From an uncultured Acidimicrobiia bacterium (GTDB lineage: Bacteria > Actinomycetota > Acidimicrobiia > Acidimicrobiales > AC-14): a DNA stretch of 64,000 nucleotides. The notes below the pieces were generated by a model. It made no database searches and was not told the DNA's origin. It saw only the letters and a program-made list of their open reading frames with translations. Positions 18,562 to 28,372 of this stretch are shown here, one piece after another; the first letter of the stretch is position 1, and every line of letters starts with the position of its first letter. The stretch spans positions 192,001 through 256,000 of the forward strand of contig CAWIIV010000006.1 in NCBI GenBank assembly GCA_963836205.1. The letters are read 5' to 3'. The position numbers and the translations under genes were made by a program.

Positions 18562-19572
18562 GTGAGCGACCTGCCGCCTCCGCCGCCCGAGCCGCCGCCG
18601 CGCCCACCGCTCGAGGCGCCGCGCCGGCCGCCCGAGCCGCCGCCCGAGCCGCCGCTCGATCCATCGGTCGAGCCTTCGCCTCCGCCGGCCGATCCGCCGT
18701 TCGAGCCATCGCTCGCACCCCCACCGCCCGAGCCGCCGGCCGAACCATCGCTCACACCGCCGCCGACTCCCCCGCCGCCCATCCCGACGCCTCCTTCGCC
18801 GCCCCATACTCCGCCCGAGCCGCCCGTCGAGGCACCGCTCCCGCCGCCGCCGCCGCCGCCTCCTCCTCCACCGCCTCCTCAGCCGCAGTTCCCGCCGGCC
18901 CTGCCCAACCTGCCGGCCGCCGAGCGGGTGCGCATCGCCTACCAGCGCCGGTACGAGACCGACTACCTCTTCGACTTCTGGACCGCCCTCGGCTGGACCG
19001 TCCTCACGTGCGGCGTCTTCGGGTACTACGTGATCTACCAGCTCGTCCGGCGCATGCGCGACCACAACCGTCGCCGGCTCGACCTGCTTGAAGCGGGCAT
19101 CGCCTTCGCCTGGGAACAGGCCCAGCGGCGGCCGGCGGTGGCGGACGAGCTTCGGCCCACGTTCGAGTCCATGGCTTTCAACCTGGGCGTCCTCCGTCAG
19201 ATGTCGTCCGACTTCCGCGACCCGGCCATCTGGACCCTTCTCACCCTCGTCAGCAGCGGGATCGCCACCGTCGTGGCCTTCGTCCTCCTCGACGGCGACC
19301 TCGTGCGCCACACGGCCGCCGAGCGGGCGGTGCAGGCCGACCTGGCGCGGGTCTACACCCGCCTCGGTCACGACCTGGGGCCGGTCGGCGACACCCAGGC
19401 CAAGGGCCGCCACAACTACGGCGGGCGGATCGCAGCCACCATCTTCAGCCTCGGGATCTACCTCCTGTGGTGGTACCGCGACGTCATGAACGAGCCCAAC
19501 CGGCACTTCGCCGAGGACTGGGCGTGGGAGGACCGGCTCGGTGCCGCCGTCCACGCCATGACCCCCGCCTGA
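18562..19572 (+). CDS. DUF4234-like membrane protein with Pro-rich N-terminus
   Basis: Poly-Pro N-terminus; TVLTCGVFGY and TIFSLGIYLLWW motifs. Confidence 0.75.
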   Translation: MSDLPPPPPEPPPRPPLEAPRRPPEPPPEPPLDPSVEPSPPPADPPFEPSLAPPPPEPPAEPSLTPPPTPPPPIPTPPSPPHTPPEPPVEAPLPPPPPPPPPPPPPQPQFPPALPNLPAAERVRIAYQRRYETDYLFDFWTALGWTVLTCGVFGYYVIYQLVRRMRDHNRRRLDLLEAGIAFAWEQAQRRPAVADELRPTFESMAFNLGVLRQMSSDFRDPAIWTLLTLVSSGIATVVAFVLLDGDLVRHTAAERAVQADLARVYTRLGHDLGPVGDTQAKGRHNYGGRIAATIFSLGIYLLWWYRDVMNEPNRHFAEDWAWEDRLGAAVHAMTPA

Positions 19573-19722
19573 GGCTTTCCCGGGGACCGGAAAGGGGTGG
19601 TGCTAGCACCCCCCCGGAACACGCATGGAGGCACGGTTCCGATTCCGCCGCGGCCGTGACTGAATGGTGTTCACCGAACAGAAGGTGAACGACCGGGGTC
19701 AGTGGGACGGAGGGTTGTGGCG

Positions 19723-21873
19723 ATGGCGATCGACACGGTTGACCGGCGGCATCCGGGGACCACGGACGTCGTGGCCCTCGACGACCCAGAGGCGGCGAAC
19801 TCGCAGCTCACGGGGGCCAAAGCGGCGGCCCTGGCCCGGGCCGCGGCCGCCGGCCTCCCCGTGCTGGCGGGGATGGTGGTGACCACCCACGCCGCCGGCC
19901 GCCCCGAGCCCGAGGTGGAGCAGGGACTGCGCACGGCCTGGTCGATCGTGTCCGACGGCGGGCGCCGGCCGATCGTGGTGCGGTCTTCGTCGACCATCGA
20001 GGACAATGCCACCAGCTCGATGGCGGGGATGTTCACGTCGGTGCTCGACGTGACCTCGTGGGACGGCTTCCGGATGGCCCTCGACGCCGTCCTCGCCTCC
20101 AGCAACGTGGTCGCCCTCACCGGCCCCGACGTCGGCCGCCGGGACCGGGCGCCGATGGCCGTCCTGGTCCAGCCCCAGCTGGCGCCGTCCGTCGGCGGCG
20201 TGCTCTTCGGCCTCGACCCTGTCTCCGGCCGCCGCGACCGCCTCGTCGTCTCCGCCAGCGAGGCGGGACCGTCGGCAGTGGTGAGCGGCGAGGTCGACGG
20301 CACCCGCTACGTCCTCTCCCGGCACGGCCGGCGGGTGGAGGGACCGGCGCACACACGGGGCAAAGGAAGCGGGCCGCTCACCGCCGGCCAGCTGCGGCAA
20401 CTGGCCCACCTCGCCCGCCGGGCGGAGGAGGTCTTCGGCGGTCCCCAGGACGTGGAGTGGGCCTTCAGCGCCGGCGGGCGCCTGTGGCTGCTCCAGAGCC
20501 GGCCCATCACCGCGGCTGCGTCCGACGACGTGCCCGCCCACAGCCCCGTCCTCGGCCCCGGGCCGGTGGCGGAGACCTTCCCCGACGCCCTCTCGGCGCT
20601 GGAGGAGGACCTGTGGGTCGCGCCGCTGCGGGACGGGCTGCGCTCGGCCCTGGCCCTGGCCGGCACCGCCCCCAAGCGCCGGTTGGCCTCCTCGCCGGTG
20701 GTCACCACCGCCGGCGGCCGGGTGGCCGCCGACCTCGAGCTGCTGGGAGCGGACGACGGCCCCCCCTCGTTCCTCCGCCGCTTCGACCCCCGCCCCCCTG
20801 CCCGCCGCCTGATCGCCGCCTGGCGCGTCGGCCGGCTGCGGGCCGCCCTGCCCGCCTTGGCCGACGACCTGATCGCGGTCGCCGATCGCGACCTCCTCGA
20901 CGTCCCCGACCTCGCCACCCTGTCCGACCGCGACCTTCTCTCGCTCCTCGGTCGGGCGGGGACGGCGCTGTCGTCCCTCCACGGGCACGAGGTGCTCATG
21001 GGGTGGCTGGTGACGCCGACCGGCGGCTCCACCACGTCCGCCGCCTCCGTCGCCCTCCGGGCCGTCGCCTCGGGTCGGGCCGACGGCCTGTCGGACGAGG
21101 AGATCGTCGCCACCTACCCAGGGGTGCTGGCCCTGGTTCCGCCCCGAATCGGCGTCGCCACCGTCCTCCCCCCCACGCCCGACTCGCTGGCGGCCAAGGA
21201 GTCCTCCGGCGACGGCGCCTCGCCCGGCGACGGCCTCGGGCCCGAACGGGCCGCGGTCCTGCGGGAGGCCCTCCGGCTGCGGGCCCGCTGGGTCCACGAG
21301 TTGACGGCCAAGGCGGCCGAGGAGCTGGGCCGGCGCCTCCAGGCCAAGGGCGTGCTCGCCGGCGCCGAGCAGGTCCGCCACCTGCGGCTGGGCGAGCTGG
21401 CCGAGGCCGTCCGCCACGGCCGGGTGCCCGACGACATCGACGCCCGGGGCCACGCCCTGCGGGGCGCGCCCCTTCCCACCCGGTTCCGGATGACCGCCAA
21501 CGCGGTGGTCGTTCCGGTCGGCGGACGCCGGCGGTCCAGTGCCAGTGCCAGAGCTGGGGCCGGCACTGGCGCCGGAGGCGGCCGGGGCATGGGGCCGGTG
21601 CACACCGGCGACGGACCCCCCGCGCCCGGATCGGTCCTGGTCGTGCGCACGCTCGACCCGGGGCTGGCCTCGGTGCTGCCCCGCCTGGGCGGGCTGGTGG
21701 CCGAGACCGGGAGCTTCCTGTCCCACCTCGCCATCCTGGCCCGGGAGCTCGGTATCCCCACCGTGGTGGGGGTCGACGACGCCCTCGGCCGCTTCCCGGC
21801 GGGGTCGGTGGTGGTGGTCGACGGCACGACCGGCGAGGTCAGCCGGCAGGACGTGGAAAGGGGTGCGGCATGA
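19723..21873 (+). CDS. PEP-utilizer / PPDK-family (rifampin-phosphotransferase-like) ATP-dependent phosphotransferase
   Basis: GAKAAAL, VVRSS, MAVLVQP, PQDVEWA, LQSRPIT; C-terminal phospho-His domain LSHLAILARELGIP. Confidence 0.85.
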   Translation: MAIDTVDRRHPGTTDVVALDDPEAANSQLTGAKAAALARAAAAGLPVLAGMVVTTHAAGRPEPEVEQGLRTAWSIVSDGGRRPIVVRSSSTIEDNATSSMAGMFTSVLDVTSWDGFRMALDAVLASSNVVALTGPDVGRRDRAPMAVLVQPQLAPSVGGVLFGLDPVSGRRDRLVVSASEAGPSAVVSGEVDGTRYVLSRHGRRVEGPAHTRGKGSGPLTAGQLRQLAHLARRAEEVFGGPQDVEWAFSAGGRLWLLQSRPITAAASDDVPAHSPVLGPGPVAETFPDALSALEEDLWVAPLRDGLRSALALAGTAPKRRLASSPVVTTAGGRVAADLELLGADDGPPSFLRRFDPRPPARRLIAAWRVGRLRAALPALADDLIAVADRDLLDVPDLATLSDRDLLSLLGRAGTALSSLHGHEVLMGWLVTPTGGSTTSAASVALRAVASGRADGLSDEEIVATYPGVLALVPPRIGVATVLPPTPDSLAAKESSGDGASPGDGLGPERAAVLREALRLRARWVHELTAKAAEELGRRLQAKGVLAGAEQVRHLRLGELAEAVRHGRVPDDIDARGHALRGAPLPTRFRMTANAVVVPVGGRRRSSASARAGAGTGAGGGRGMGPVHTGDGPPAPGSVLVVRTLDPGLASVLPRLGGLVAETGSFLSHLAILARELGIPTVVGVDDALGRFPAGSVVVVDGTTGEVSRQDVERGAA

Positions 21874-22397
21874 GTCCGAGACGGTTGGCGACGCTGTTCG
21901 GCGTGGCGGTGATGGCCGCCGCCGGCCTGTACTTCTTCGTCTACCTCTGGCGGTGGGAGTGGAACCGGGCCCTCGTCGCCGGTGTCCTCTTCGTCGCGGC
22001 CGAGGTGGCCATGCTGACGGTGGCCGTCCTCGAGCGCATCCGCCGCCTGAGCGACCACGTCGATGCCCAGCTGGACAAGGGCTTCGACCGCCAGGTCCTC
22101 AACCGGATCCACCAGTCGGCACCGCCGGCCCACGACCACTTCGCCTGGCTCTCCCCCACCCGCGGCCACACCAACGTGTTCGTGCCTGTCCTCATGGGGA
22201 TGGGCGTGGTCATGTCGGCCCTGGCCTGGCTGGTCGAGCGGGTGGCCCGAGCCACCGCCGCCCCGGCGTTGGAGCGGGGCCTGGCCGGCCGCATGAACAC
22301 CCTGGCCTGGCCCAAGGGCGGGCTGCTCGTGCCCCTGCCGGTCGACGAGCCGTCGGAGCTGCTCGCCCGGCCCGTCCGCCGGGAGTTGCACCCGTGA
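21870..22397 (+). CDS. Hypothetical membrane protein
   Basis: ATGA overlap; YLWRWEWNRAL; three hydrophobic segments. Confidence 0.75.
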   Translation: MSPRRLATLFGVAVMAAAGLYFFVYLWRWEWNRALVAGVLFVAAEVAMLTVAVLERIRRLSDHVDAQLDKGFDRQVLNRIHQSAPPAHDHFAWLSPTRGHTNVFVPVLMGMGVVMSALAWLVERVARATAAPALERGLAGRMNTLAWPKGGLLVPLPVDEPSELLARPVRRELHP

Positions 22398-22792
22398 AGC
22401 GGGCCGCCTTCGTCCTCCTGGCGATGGCCGCCCTGGCCGTGTTCGTCGACGTCCTGGGCGACCTCACCCAGGACCGCCCCGATCGGGTGCAACCGGGGAC
22501 GCAGAGCGAGATCGTCCTCCAGCTCCGCGCCAAGGACTACCTGGGCTCGGCTCTGGGCGCGGCCCAGGGCCTCTGGGGCGCCTGCTCCGGCACCGTCACC
22601 CAGCAACTGGTCGACCCGGGCGTGGTCGACCTCGGCGGAGGCCAGTTCCGGCTCCTGACCGATCGGGCGATCGGCGAGCATTCGTGGCGCCGCCTGCAGG
22701 GCTGCCTGGAGGACGCCACCATCGACCGGGTGACGGCCGAGGTGGTGGCCAAGCGCGACGTCCTGCTCACCGCCGAAGCCGCCGCTAGCTGA
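22394..22792 (+). CDS. Hypothetical exported/membrane protein
   Basis: GTGA overlap; N-terminal hydrophobic helix; RRLQGCLEDATID. Confidence 0.7.
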   Translation: MKRAAFVLLAMAALAVFVDVLGDLTQDRPDRVQPGTQSEIVLQLRAKDYLGSALGAAQGLWGACSGTVTQQLVDPGVVDLGGGQFRLLTDRAIGEHSWRRLQGCLEDATIDRVTAEVVAKRDVLLTAEAAAS

Positions 22793-23480
22793 CGCGGGTC
22801 CAGATCCGGCGGGGGGCGTCGAGCACCCGGCTGACGGCGGTGAGGAGGGGGTTGGGGCGGTCGACATCGCCCTGGTCGAGCCCGAACACGAACGCCAACT
22901 GCTCGAGGCTGGGTGGCCCCACCGCCAGGTTGCGACGAAGGGCGGCGGTGCCGAGGCCGCCCTGGTCGACAAGGTAGGCACCCACCATGGTGCCGGTGCG
23001 CCCGACGCCCGCCCCGCAGTGGACGAACACGGTGCCGCCCGCCTCCTGGGTGGCGGCCAGGAACTGGGCGACCTTGTCGGACGACGGCGCCTGGCCGTCG
23101 CGGATCGGGATGCTCACCAGCTGCATACCCAGCTCCGACACCAGGCGGGCGTCGGCGCCCAGCCCGTCCTCCGCCCGGAGGTCGACCACGGTGGTGACTC
23201 CTGCCGCGGCCAGGTTGCGATAGCCCTCCTCCGACGGTGCCCCGCCCCGCCACAGGTGGCCGTCGACGGCGGTGAGGTTGGAGATGCCGGCGACGTTGTC
23301 GATCGGGACCGCCGACATCGTGCCCTGGGCCCACCACGAGGCGGCGGCGATGGCGAGGTTGCCGAGGACGAGGAAGGCGGCCATGCCGGCCACGAGCTTG
23401 GTCCCGAGGACCGCGACGCGTCTGAACGAGCTCAGGGCTTTCCCTCCACTTGGGGCAACGCTGTCAGCCGGGGCCGGCAA
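22785..23480 (-). CDS. Dual-specificity/tyrosine phosphatase-family protein with N-terminal TM
   Basis: VVDLRAE and the CX5R motif HCGAGVGRTG. Confidence 0.85.
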   Translation of the reverse strand: MPAPADSVAPSGGKALSSFRRVAVLGTKLVAGMAAFLVLGNLAIAAASWWAQGTMSAVPIDNVAGISNLTAVDGHLWRGGAPSEEGYRNLAAAGVTTVVDLRAEDGLGADARLVSELGMQLVSIPIRDGQAPSSDKVAQFLAATQEAGGTVFVHCGAGVGRTGTMVGAYLVDQGGLGTAALRRNLAVGPPSLEQLAFVFGLDQGDVDRPNPLLTAVSRVLDAPRRIWTRVS

Positions 23481-23528
23481 CAGTCAAAATTCGATCAACA
23501 ACCTCATCGGCACGAGGTGCCGAAGGCC

Positions 23529-24053
23529 TTAGCCGTTCTCTTTCCCCGGCCACGCCGTCCGAACCCGGGCGAGGGTCTCGGGGAGCGACTCCGGCAGCAC
23601 CCGGGTCTCGGCCACGGTGGTCATGAAGTTGGTGTCGCCGTCCCACCGGGGGACGCAATGGAGGTGGAAGTGGGCGGGGATGCCTGCCCCCGCCGGCCGG
23701 CCCAGGTTGGCGCCCAGGTTGAGGCCGTGGGGGTGGTAGGCGGCCTTGAGGGCGGCCACCGCGGCCACGACGGTCGACCACAGGGCGGCCCCCTCGTCGA
23801 AGTCGAGGTCCTCCACCTCGGCCACGTGCCGCACCGGCATCACCAGCAGATGGCCGGACGTGTAGGGGTAGGCGTTGAGGACGGCCGCCACCCGGTCGTC
23901 GCGCCACACCACGTTGGTCTCCTCCGGGGGACCGTCGCTGGCCAGGATGCGGCAGAAGACGCACGCCTCCTGCGACCGGTCGTCGGGATCCTCCTCGGCG
24001 GCCCGGGTGACGTACTCCCGCCGCCAACCGGCCCACAGCCGCTCGAGCGTCAC
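23529..24053 (-). CDS. HIT-family hydrolase (Ap4A phosphorylase type)
   Basis: CVFC, LNAYPYTSGHL, HFHLHCVPRW; follows thrS. Confidence 0.9.
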   Translation of the reverse strand: MTLERLWAGWRREYVTRAAEEDPDDRSQEACVFCRILASDGPPEETNVVWRDDRVAAVLNAYPYTSGHLLVMPVRHVAEVEDLDFDEGAALWSTVVAAVAALKAAYHPHGLNLGANLGRPAGAGIPAHFHLHCVPRWDGDTNFMTTVAETRVLPESLPETLARVRTAWPGKENG

Positions 24054-24077
24054 TCCGCGACGATCACGACGGGACGA

Positions 24078-26015
24078 TCACGACTTGGTGGCGACCTCGT
24101 CGGACAGCCGGGCCAGGAAGTCGTCGACGGCCACGCCCCGCTCCACCTCGCCGCCCCGGGGGTTCACGCCGACAGTGCCGGCGGCCACGTCGGCGTCGCC
24201 CACCACCAGGACGTAGGGCAGCTTCTCCAGCTTGGCCCGCCGGATGCGCCCGCCCAGGGGCTCGTCGGCCGCCACCGTGTCGACCCGCAGGCCGGCCGCC
24301 TTCAACTTCCCCACGACCGAGTCGGCGTACGGCTGGTGGTCGTCACGCACGGCCAGCACCCGGGCCTGCACCGGCGACAGCCAGGCCGGCAGGGCGCCTG
24401 CGTAGTGCTCGAGGAGGATCCCGAAGAAGCGCTCGACCGACCCGAAGAGGGCTCGGTGGATCATGAACGGCCGGTGCCGCTGGTTGTCGGCGCCGACGAA
24501 CTCCATGTCGAAGCGCTGCGGCATCTGGAGGTCGACCTGGAGGGTGGAGATCTGCCACCGCCGGCCGATGGCGTCCTTGACGTGGACGTCGATCTTGGGG
24601 GCGTAGAAGGCGCCCTCCCCCTCGGCCAGCTTGTAGGGGATGCCCACCCCCTCCAGCGCCTCCCGGAGGGCGTCGGTGGCCACGTCCCACTCCTCGGGCT
24701 CGCCCACGAACTTGTCGGGACGGGTGGCCAGCTCGGCCTCGAAGTCGGTCAACCCGAAGGTGGCCAGGATGCGCAGGACGAAGGCCAGCAGCGAGGTCAG
24801 CTCGCCGGCCAGCTGGTCGGGGGCCACGAAGATGTGGGAGTCGTCCTGGGTGATGCCCCGGACGCGGGTGAGGCCGTGGAGCACGCCCGAGCGCTCGAAG
24901 CGGTACACCGTCCCCAGCTCGAACAGCCGCAGAGGCAGCTCCCGGTACGACCGGGCCTGCGACTTGTAGATGAGGATGTGCATGGGGCAGTTCATGGGCT
25001 TGGGGTAGTAGGTGGCGCCCTCCATCTCCATGGGCGGGTACATGCCGTCGGCGTACCACCCGAGGTGGCCGGAGATCTCGAAGAGGGTGGACTTCGACAG
25101 GTGGGGCGTGAAGACGAAGTCGTAGCCGGCCTTCTCGTGTTCCTCCCGGGAGAAGTCCTCCATGAGCTTGCGGATGAGCCCGCCCTTGGGGTGGAAGACG
25201 GGCAGGCCGCCGCCGATCTCGGGCGGGAAGTGGAACAGGTCGAGCTCGAGCCCGAGTTTGCGGTGGTCGCGGCGCTCCGCCTCTTCAAGCCGGTGGAGGT
25301 GCTCGGCCAGGGCCTTGTCGGACTCCCAGGCGGTGCCGTAGATGCGTTGGAGCTGGTCGCGGTGCTCGTCGCCCCGCCAGTAGGCGCCCGACACCCGCAT
25401 CAGCTTGAACGAGCCCAAGCGCTTGGTCGTCGGGACGTGCGGTCCCCGGCACAGGTCGGCCCACCCGTTGTTCTTGTACACGCTGACCGCGCCGCCCTCG
25501 GCCCCCTCGGCCGGGTCGACGCCCTCGATGATCTCCACCTTGAACGGCTGGTCGGCGAAGCGGGCCAGACCCTCATCCCGGGACAGCTCCTCCCGGACGA
25601 AGGGCTGGTCCTCGGCCACGATCTCCCGCATGCGGGCCTCGATGCGGACGAGGTCGTCGTCGGCGAAGTGGGCTCCGCCGGGGAGGGCGAAGTCGTAGTA
25701 GAAGCCGTCCTCGATGGCGGGACCGATGGCGTACTTGGCCCCCGGGAAGAGGTCGGTGACGGCCTGGGCCATCACGTGGGCGGTGGAGTGGCGCAGGACG
25801 TAACGGCCCTGGTCGGTGTTGGTCGTGACGATGGCGACGGTGGCGCCGTCGGGCAGAGGGGTGGTGAGGTCGACCTGGCGGCCGTCGACAGTGGCGGCCA
25901 CCGCCGCCTTGGCCAGGCCCCGGCCGATGCTGGCGGCCAGGTCACCGGCCGTCGCCCCCCCGGGCAGGGTGCGGGCGGAACCGTCGGGCAGCGTGACTGA
26001 AATCTCTTCCGGCAT
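24078..26015 (-). CDS. thrS: Threonine--tRNA ligase
   Basis: TGS domain, HSTAH, DLCRGPH, RDHRKLG, KPMNCP, IHRA. Confidence 0.97.
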   Translation of the reverse strand: MPEEISVTLPDGSARTLPGGATAGDLAASIGRGLAKAAVAATVDGRQVDLTTPLPDGATVAIVTTNTDQGRYVLRHSTAHVMAQAVTDLFPGAKYAIGPAIEDGFYYDFALPGGAHFADDDLVRIEARMREIVAEDQPFVREELSRDEGLARFADQPFKVEIIEGVDPAEGAEGGAVSVYKNNGWADLCRGPHVPTTKRLGSFKLMRVSGAYWRGDEHRDQLQRIYGTAWESDKALAEHLHRLEEAERRDHRKLGLELDLFHFPPEIGGGLPVFHPKGGLIRKLMEDFSREEHEKAGYDFVFTPHLSKSTLFEISGHLGWYADGMYPPMEMEGATYYPKPMNCPMHILIYKSQARSYRELPLRLFELGTVYRFERSGVLHGLTRVRGITQDDSHIFVAPDQLAGELTSLLAFVLRILATFGLTDFEAELATRPDKFVGEPEEWDVATDALREALEGVGIPYKLAEGEGAFYAPKIDVHVKDAIGRRWQISTLQVDLQMPQRFDMEFVGADNQRHRPFMIHRALFGSVERFFGILLEHYAGALPAWLSPVQARVLAVRDDHQPYADSVVGKLKAAGLRVDTVAADEPLGGRIRRAKLEKLPYVLVVGDADVAAGTVGVNPRGGEVERGVAVDDFLARLSDEVATKS

Positions 26016-26061
26016 GATGGTCCGAGGTTACCGGCGGGCGTGGCGGGGTCCGTCTGAGCAA

Positions 26062-26685
26062 CTGGCATCCATCGGGGACCGGTTCGAGTATCGCAACGTG
26101 GGGGTGGACGGGGACGGCGGCCGGGCCATCGTGGCCGGATTCTCGGCCCGCATCCCGGCGGATGGGCTGACGGCGATGGTGGGGCCGTCGGGGGCGGGGA
26201 AGACCACCCTCCTCCGCCTGCTCAACCGGCTCGACGACCCCGACCGGGGCGAGGTCGTCTTCGACGGCCACGACGTGCGCTCCTCCGACGTCATCGCCCT
26301 CCGCAAGCGGGTGCAGTACGTGGGCCAGGTGCCGGTGACGTTCCCGGGGACCGTCGCCCAGAACCTCGGTCCGGGGGCCGACGTGGCCGCCATTCTGGGG
26401 CGGGTTGGCCTCGACCCGGCCCTGGCCGGGCGGGTGGCCGACCGGTTGTCGGTGGGCGAGGCCCAGCGCAGGTGCCTGGCCCGGGCCCTGGCATTGGCCC
26501 CCGAGTGCCTGCTGCTGGACGAGCCCACGTCGGCGTTGGACGCCGGCTCCAAGGCCGGGATCGAGGTTCTGGTCCGCTCGCTGGCCGACGACGGGCTCAC
26601 CGTGGTCATGGTCACCGACGACCGCCGCCAGGCCGAGGAGGTGGCCGACCGCATGCTGGTGGTCGCGCCCGCGCCACCGTCATGA
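26062..26685 (+). CDS. ABC transporter ATP-binding protein (FetA/YbbL-like); start uncertain
   Basis: GPSGAGKT, LSVGE, LLLDEPTSALD. Confidence 0.8.
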   Translation: MASIGDRFEYRNVGVDGDGGRAIVAGFSARIPADGLTAMVGPSGAGKTTLLRLLNRLDDPDRGEVVFDGHDVRSSDVIALRKRVQYVGQVPVTFPGTVAQNLGPGADVAAILGRVGLDPALAGRVADRLSVGEAQRRCLARALALAPECLLLDEPTSALDAGSKAGIEVLVRSLADDGLTVVMVTDDRRQAEEVADRMLVVAPAPPS

Positions 26686-27086
26686 CCGACCTCAGCGGGC
26701 GCATCTCCATCGCCGACGTGGGCCTGTCCCTGCTCCTGGTCCTGGTGGCGGTGGTCGTCTCCCGCACCCGCAAGGCCGACCTGGAGCGCGACATCGTCGT
26801 CGCCACCTTCCGCTCGTTCGTCCAGCTCCTGGCCGTGGGCTTCGTCCTGGACTTGTCTATCGGCGGCCAGACCAAGGTGGTGGGCCTGGTCGCCCTGCCC
26901 GGGGCCATGACCGGGATGATCCTGGCCGGAGCGTCGCCGACGGCGGCCATCCGCCTGCAACTGGTGGTGATGTACATGCTCCTCGGCGGCAACGCCTTCG
27001 CCGCCCTGGTCGCCGGCCAGCTCACCGTCCGCCGCCTGTTCACGGCCGACCACCAGCTCATCCGCTCGCTCTCGCGCAACGGCTGA
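26682..27086 (+). pseudogene. FetB/YbbM (UPF0014) permease, internally deleted
   Basis: N-terminal RSFVQLLAVGFVL runs almost directly into C-terminal TKVVGLVALPGAMTGMILAGASP; only 134 aa. Confidence 0.7.
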
Positions 27087-27635
27087 TCAGCCCAGGAGCC
27101 CGCGCTCGCCCTTCAGCGTCACTTCCACCTGTCGGGGAGCGTTGGACGCGGCCACCGCCAGCTTGGCCGCAAACTCCCCGGGCTGGGGCGCGGCAAAGGT
27201 CACCGTGATGTCGCAGCTGCGACCGGGCGCCAGCGTCGAGTTGCAGTCATCGTCGGCGACGGTGAAGGCGGCCTCCCCCGAGCCGGAAAGGTCGGGGGCC
27301 CGAATGGTGAGGGGGATGTCGCCCGTGTTGCGGACGGTGATCGTGGCTTCCTTCGTCTTCAGGGGCTCGAAGGTGATCGACTGCGGCTCGACCTCGAACT
27401 CCCCGACGCGAGTGGTGGCCGTCGACGGCGACGAGGTGGTCGTCGCCCCCCGCACGGTAGGCGAGGTGGTGGTGGCCACACCGTCGGTGGACGAAACGGA
27501 CGCCTTGTCGTCGTCGCCGCCGATCCATCCCGCCTGCACCGAGATGCCCAGCAGGCCGACGATGGCGGTCACGATGGAGGCGATTCCGGTGACGACGCCG
27601 GGCATGGTCGACCAGTAGGACTTCCCGTCACTCAT
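27087..27635 (-). CDS. Membrane-anchored Ig-like (choice-of-anchor D / ASH-type) domain protein
   Basis: TM helix, Thr linker, ITVRNTG, CNSTLAPGRSCDITVTF. Confidence 0.75.
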   Translation of the reverse strand: MSDGKSYWSTMPGVVTGIASIVTAIVGLLGISVQAGWIGGDDDKASVSSTDGVATTTSPTVRGATTTSSPSTATTRVGEFEVEPQSITFEPLKTKEATITVRNTGDIPLTIRAPDLSGSGEAAFTVADDDCNSTLAPGRSCDITVTFAAPQPGEFAAKLAVAASNAPRQVEVTLKGERGLLG

Positions 27636-27805
27636 CTCCTCCGACCCTAACGGCCGGATCCGGGGGGTCGTGACGCACGCGCCGGATTCCGCCGGGCCCA
27701 CGGCGAGCGATTGGCGCGGGAGCCCCAGCGGAGGGGGTGCTCGTGGCGATCGCTCGATGGTGGGACGCCGCGCCGGGTGTCGCAGGCGATCGGTAGGCTC
27801 CGGGC

Positions 27806-28366
27806 ATGGCCGTCGCCGTGGGGCGCATGAGCGCCCAGGACTACCTCGCGACTCCCGAGAGCCGCCCTCGTCACACCGAGTTGATCGACGGGACGGTCGT
27901 GGTGAGCGAACCGAGATTGCCCCACGCTCGGGTCCAAACCGAGCTCGTCTACCGGCTCCGCCTCTGGATCGACGGTGGCGAGGGGCGGGGCTACGTGAGC
28001 ATGCCCTCCGACATCGTGATCGACGAGACCAACGTGTTCGCCCCCGACGTCTGGTGGGTGGGCGAGCATCGCCGGCCGACGCTCGACCAGCTCGACCTCG
28101 AGGGCCTGCCCGACCTGGTGGTCGAGATCCGCTCGCCGTCGACGTGGGCCCGTGATCTTGGGGTCAAGCTTCCCCGCTACGAGGCCGCCGGTGTCCCTGA
28201 GGCGTGGTTCGTCGACACCGAGGCCCGGACCGTGCTCGTGTTCCGCCGCTCGCAGCCCGACGCCGCCGAGTTCGACGTCGCGCTCGAGGTCGGCGTCGAA
28301 CAGGAGCTCACGTCGCCGTTGCTGGACGGGTTCGTCCTCCGGGTGGGGGCGATCTTCGGCGGCTGA
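27806..28366 (+). CDS. Uma2-family endonuclease
   Basis: ELIDG, PDLVVEIRSPST, KLPRYEAAGVPEAW; -10 TAGGCT suggests a leaderless start. Confidence 0.9.
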   Translation: MAVAVGRMSAQDYLATPESRPRHTELIDGTVVVSEPRLPHARVQTELVYRLRLWIDGGEGRGYVSMPSDIVIDETNVFAPDVWWVGEHRRPTLDQLDLEGLPDLVVEIRSPSTWARDLGVKLPRYEAAGVPEAWFVDTEARTVLVFRRSQPDAAEFDVALEVGVEQELTSPLLDGFVLRVGAIFGG

Positions 28367-28372
28367 CCGGGG

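Noticed and set aside
18565-18900. CCG-rich repeats as a DNA element
   Set aside because: They encode the poly-Pro N-terminus of the DUF4234-like protein.
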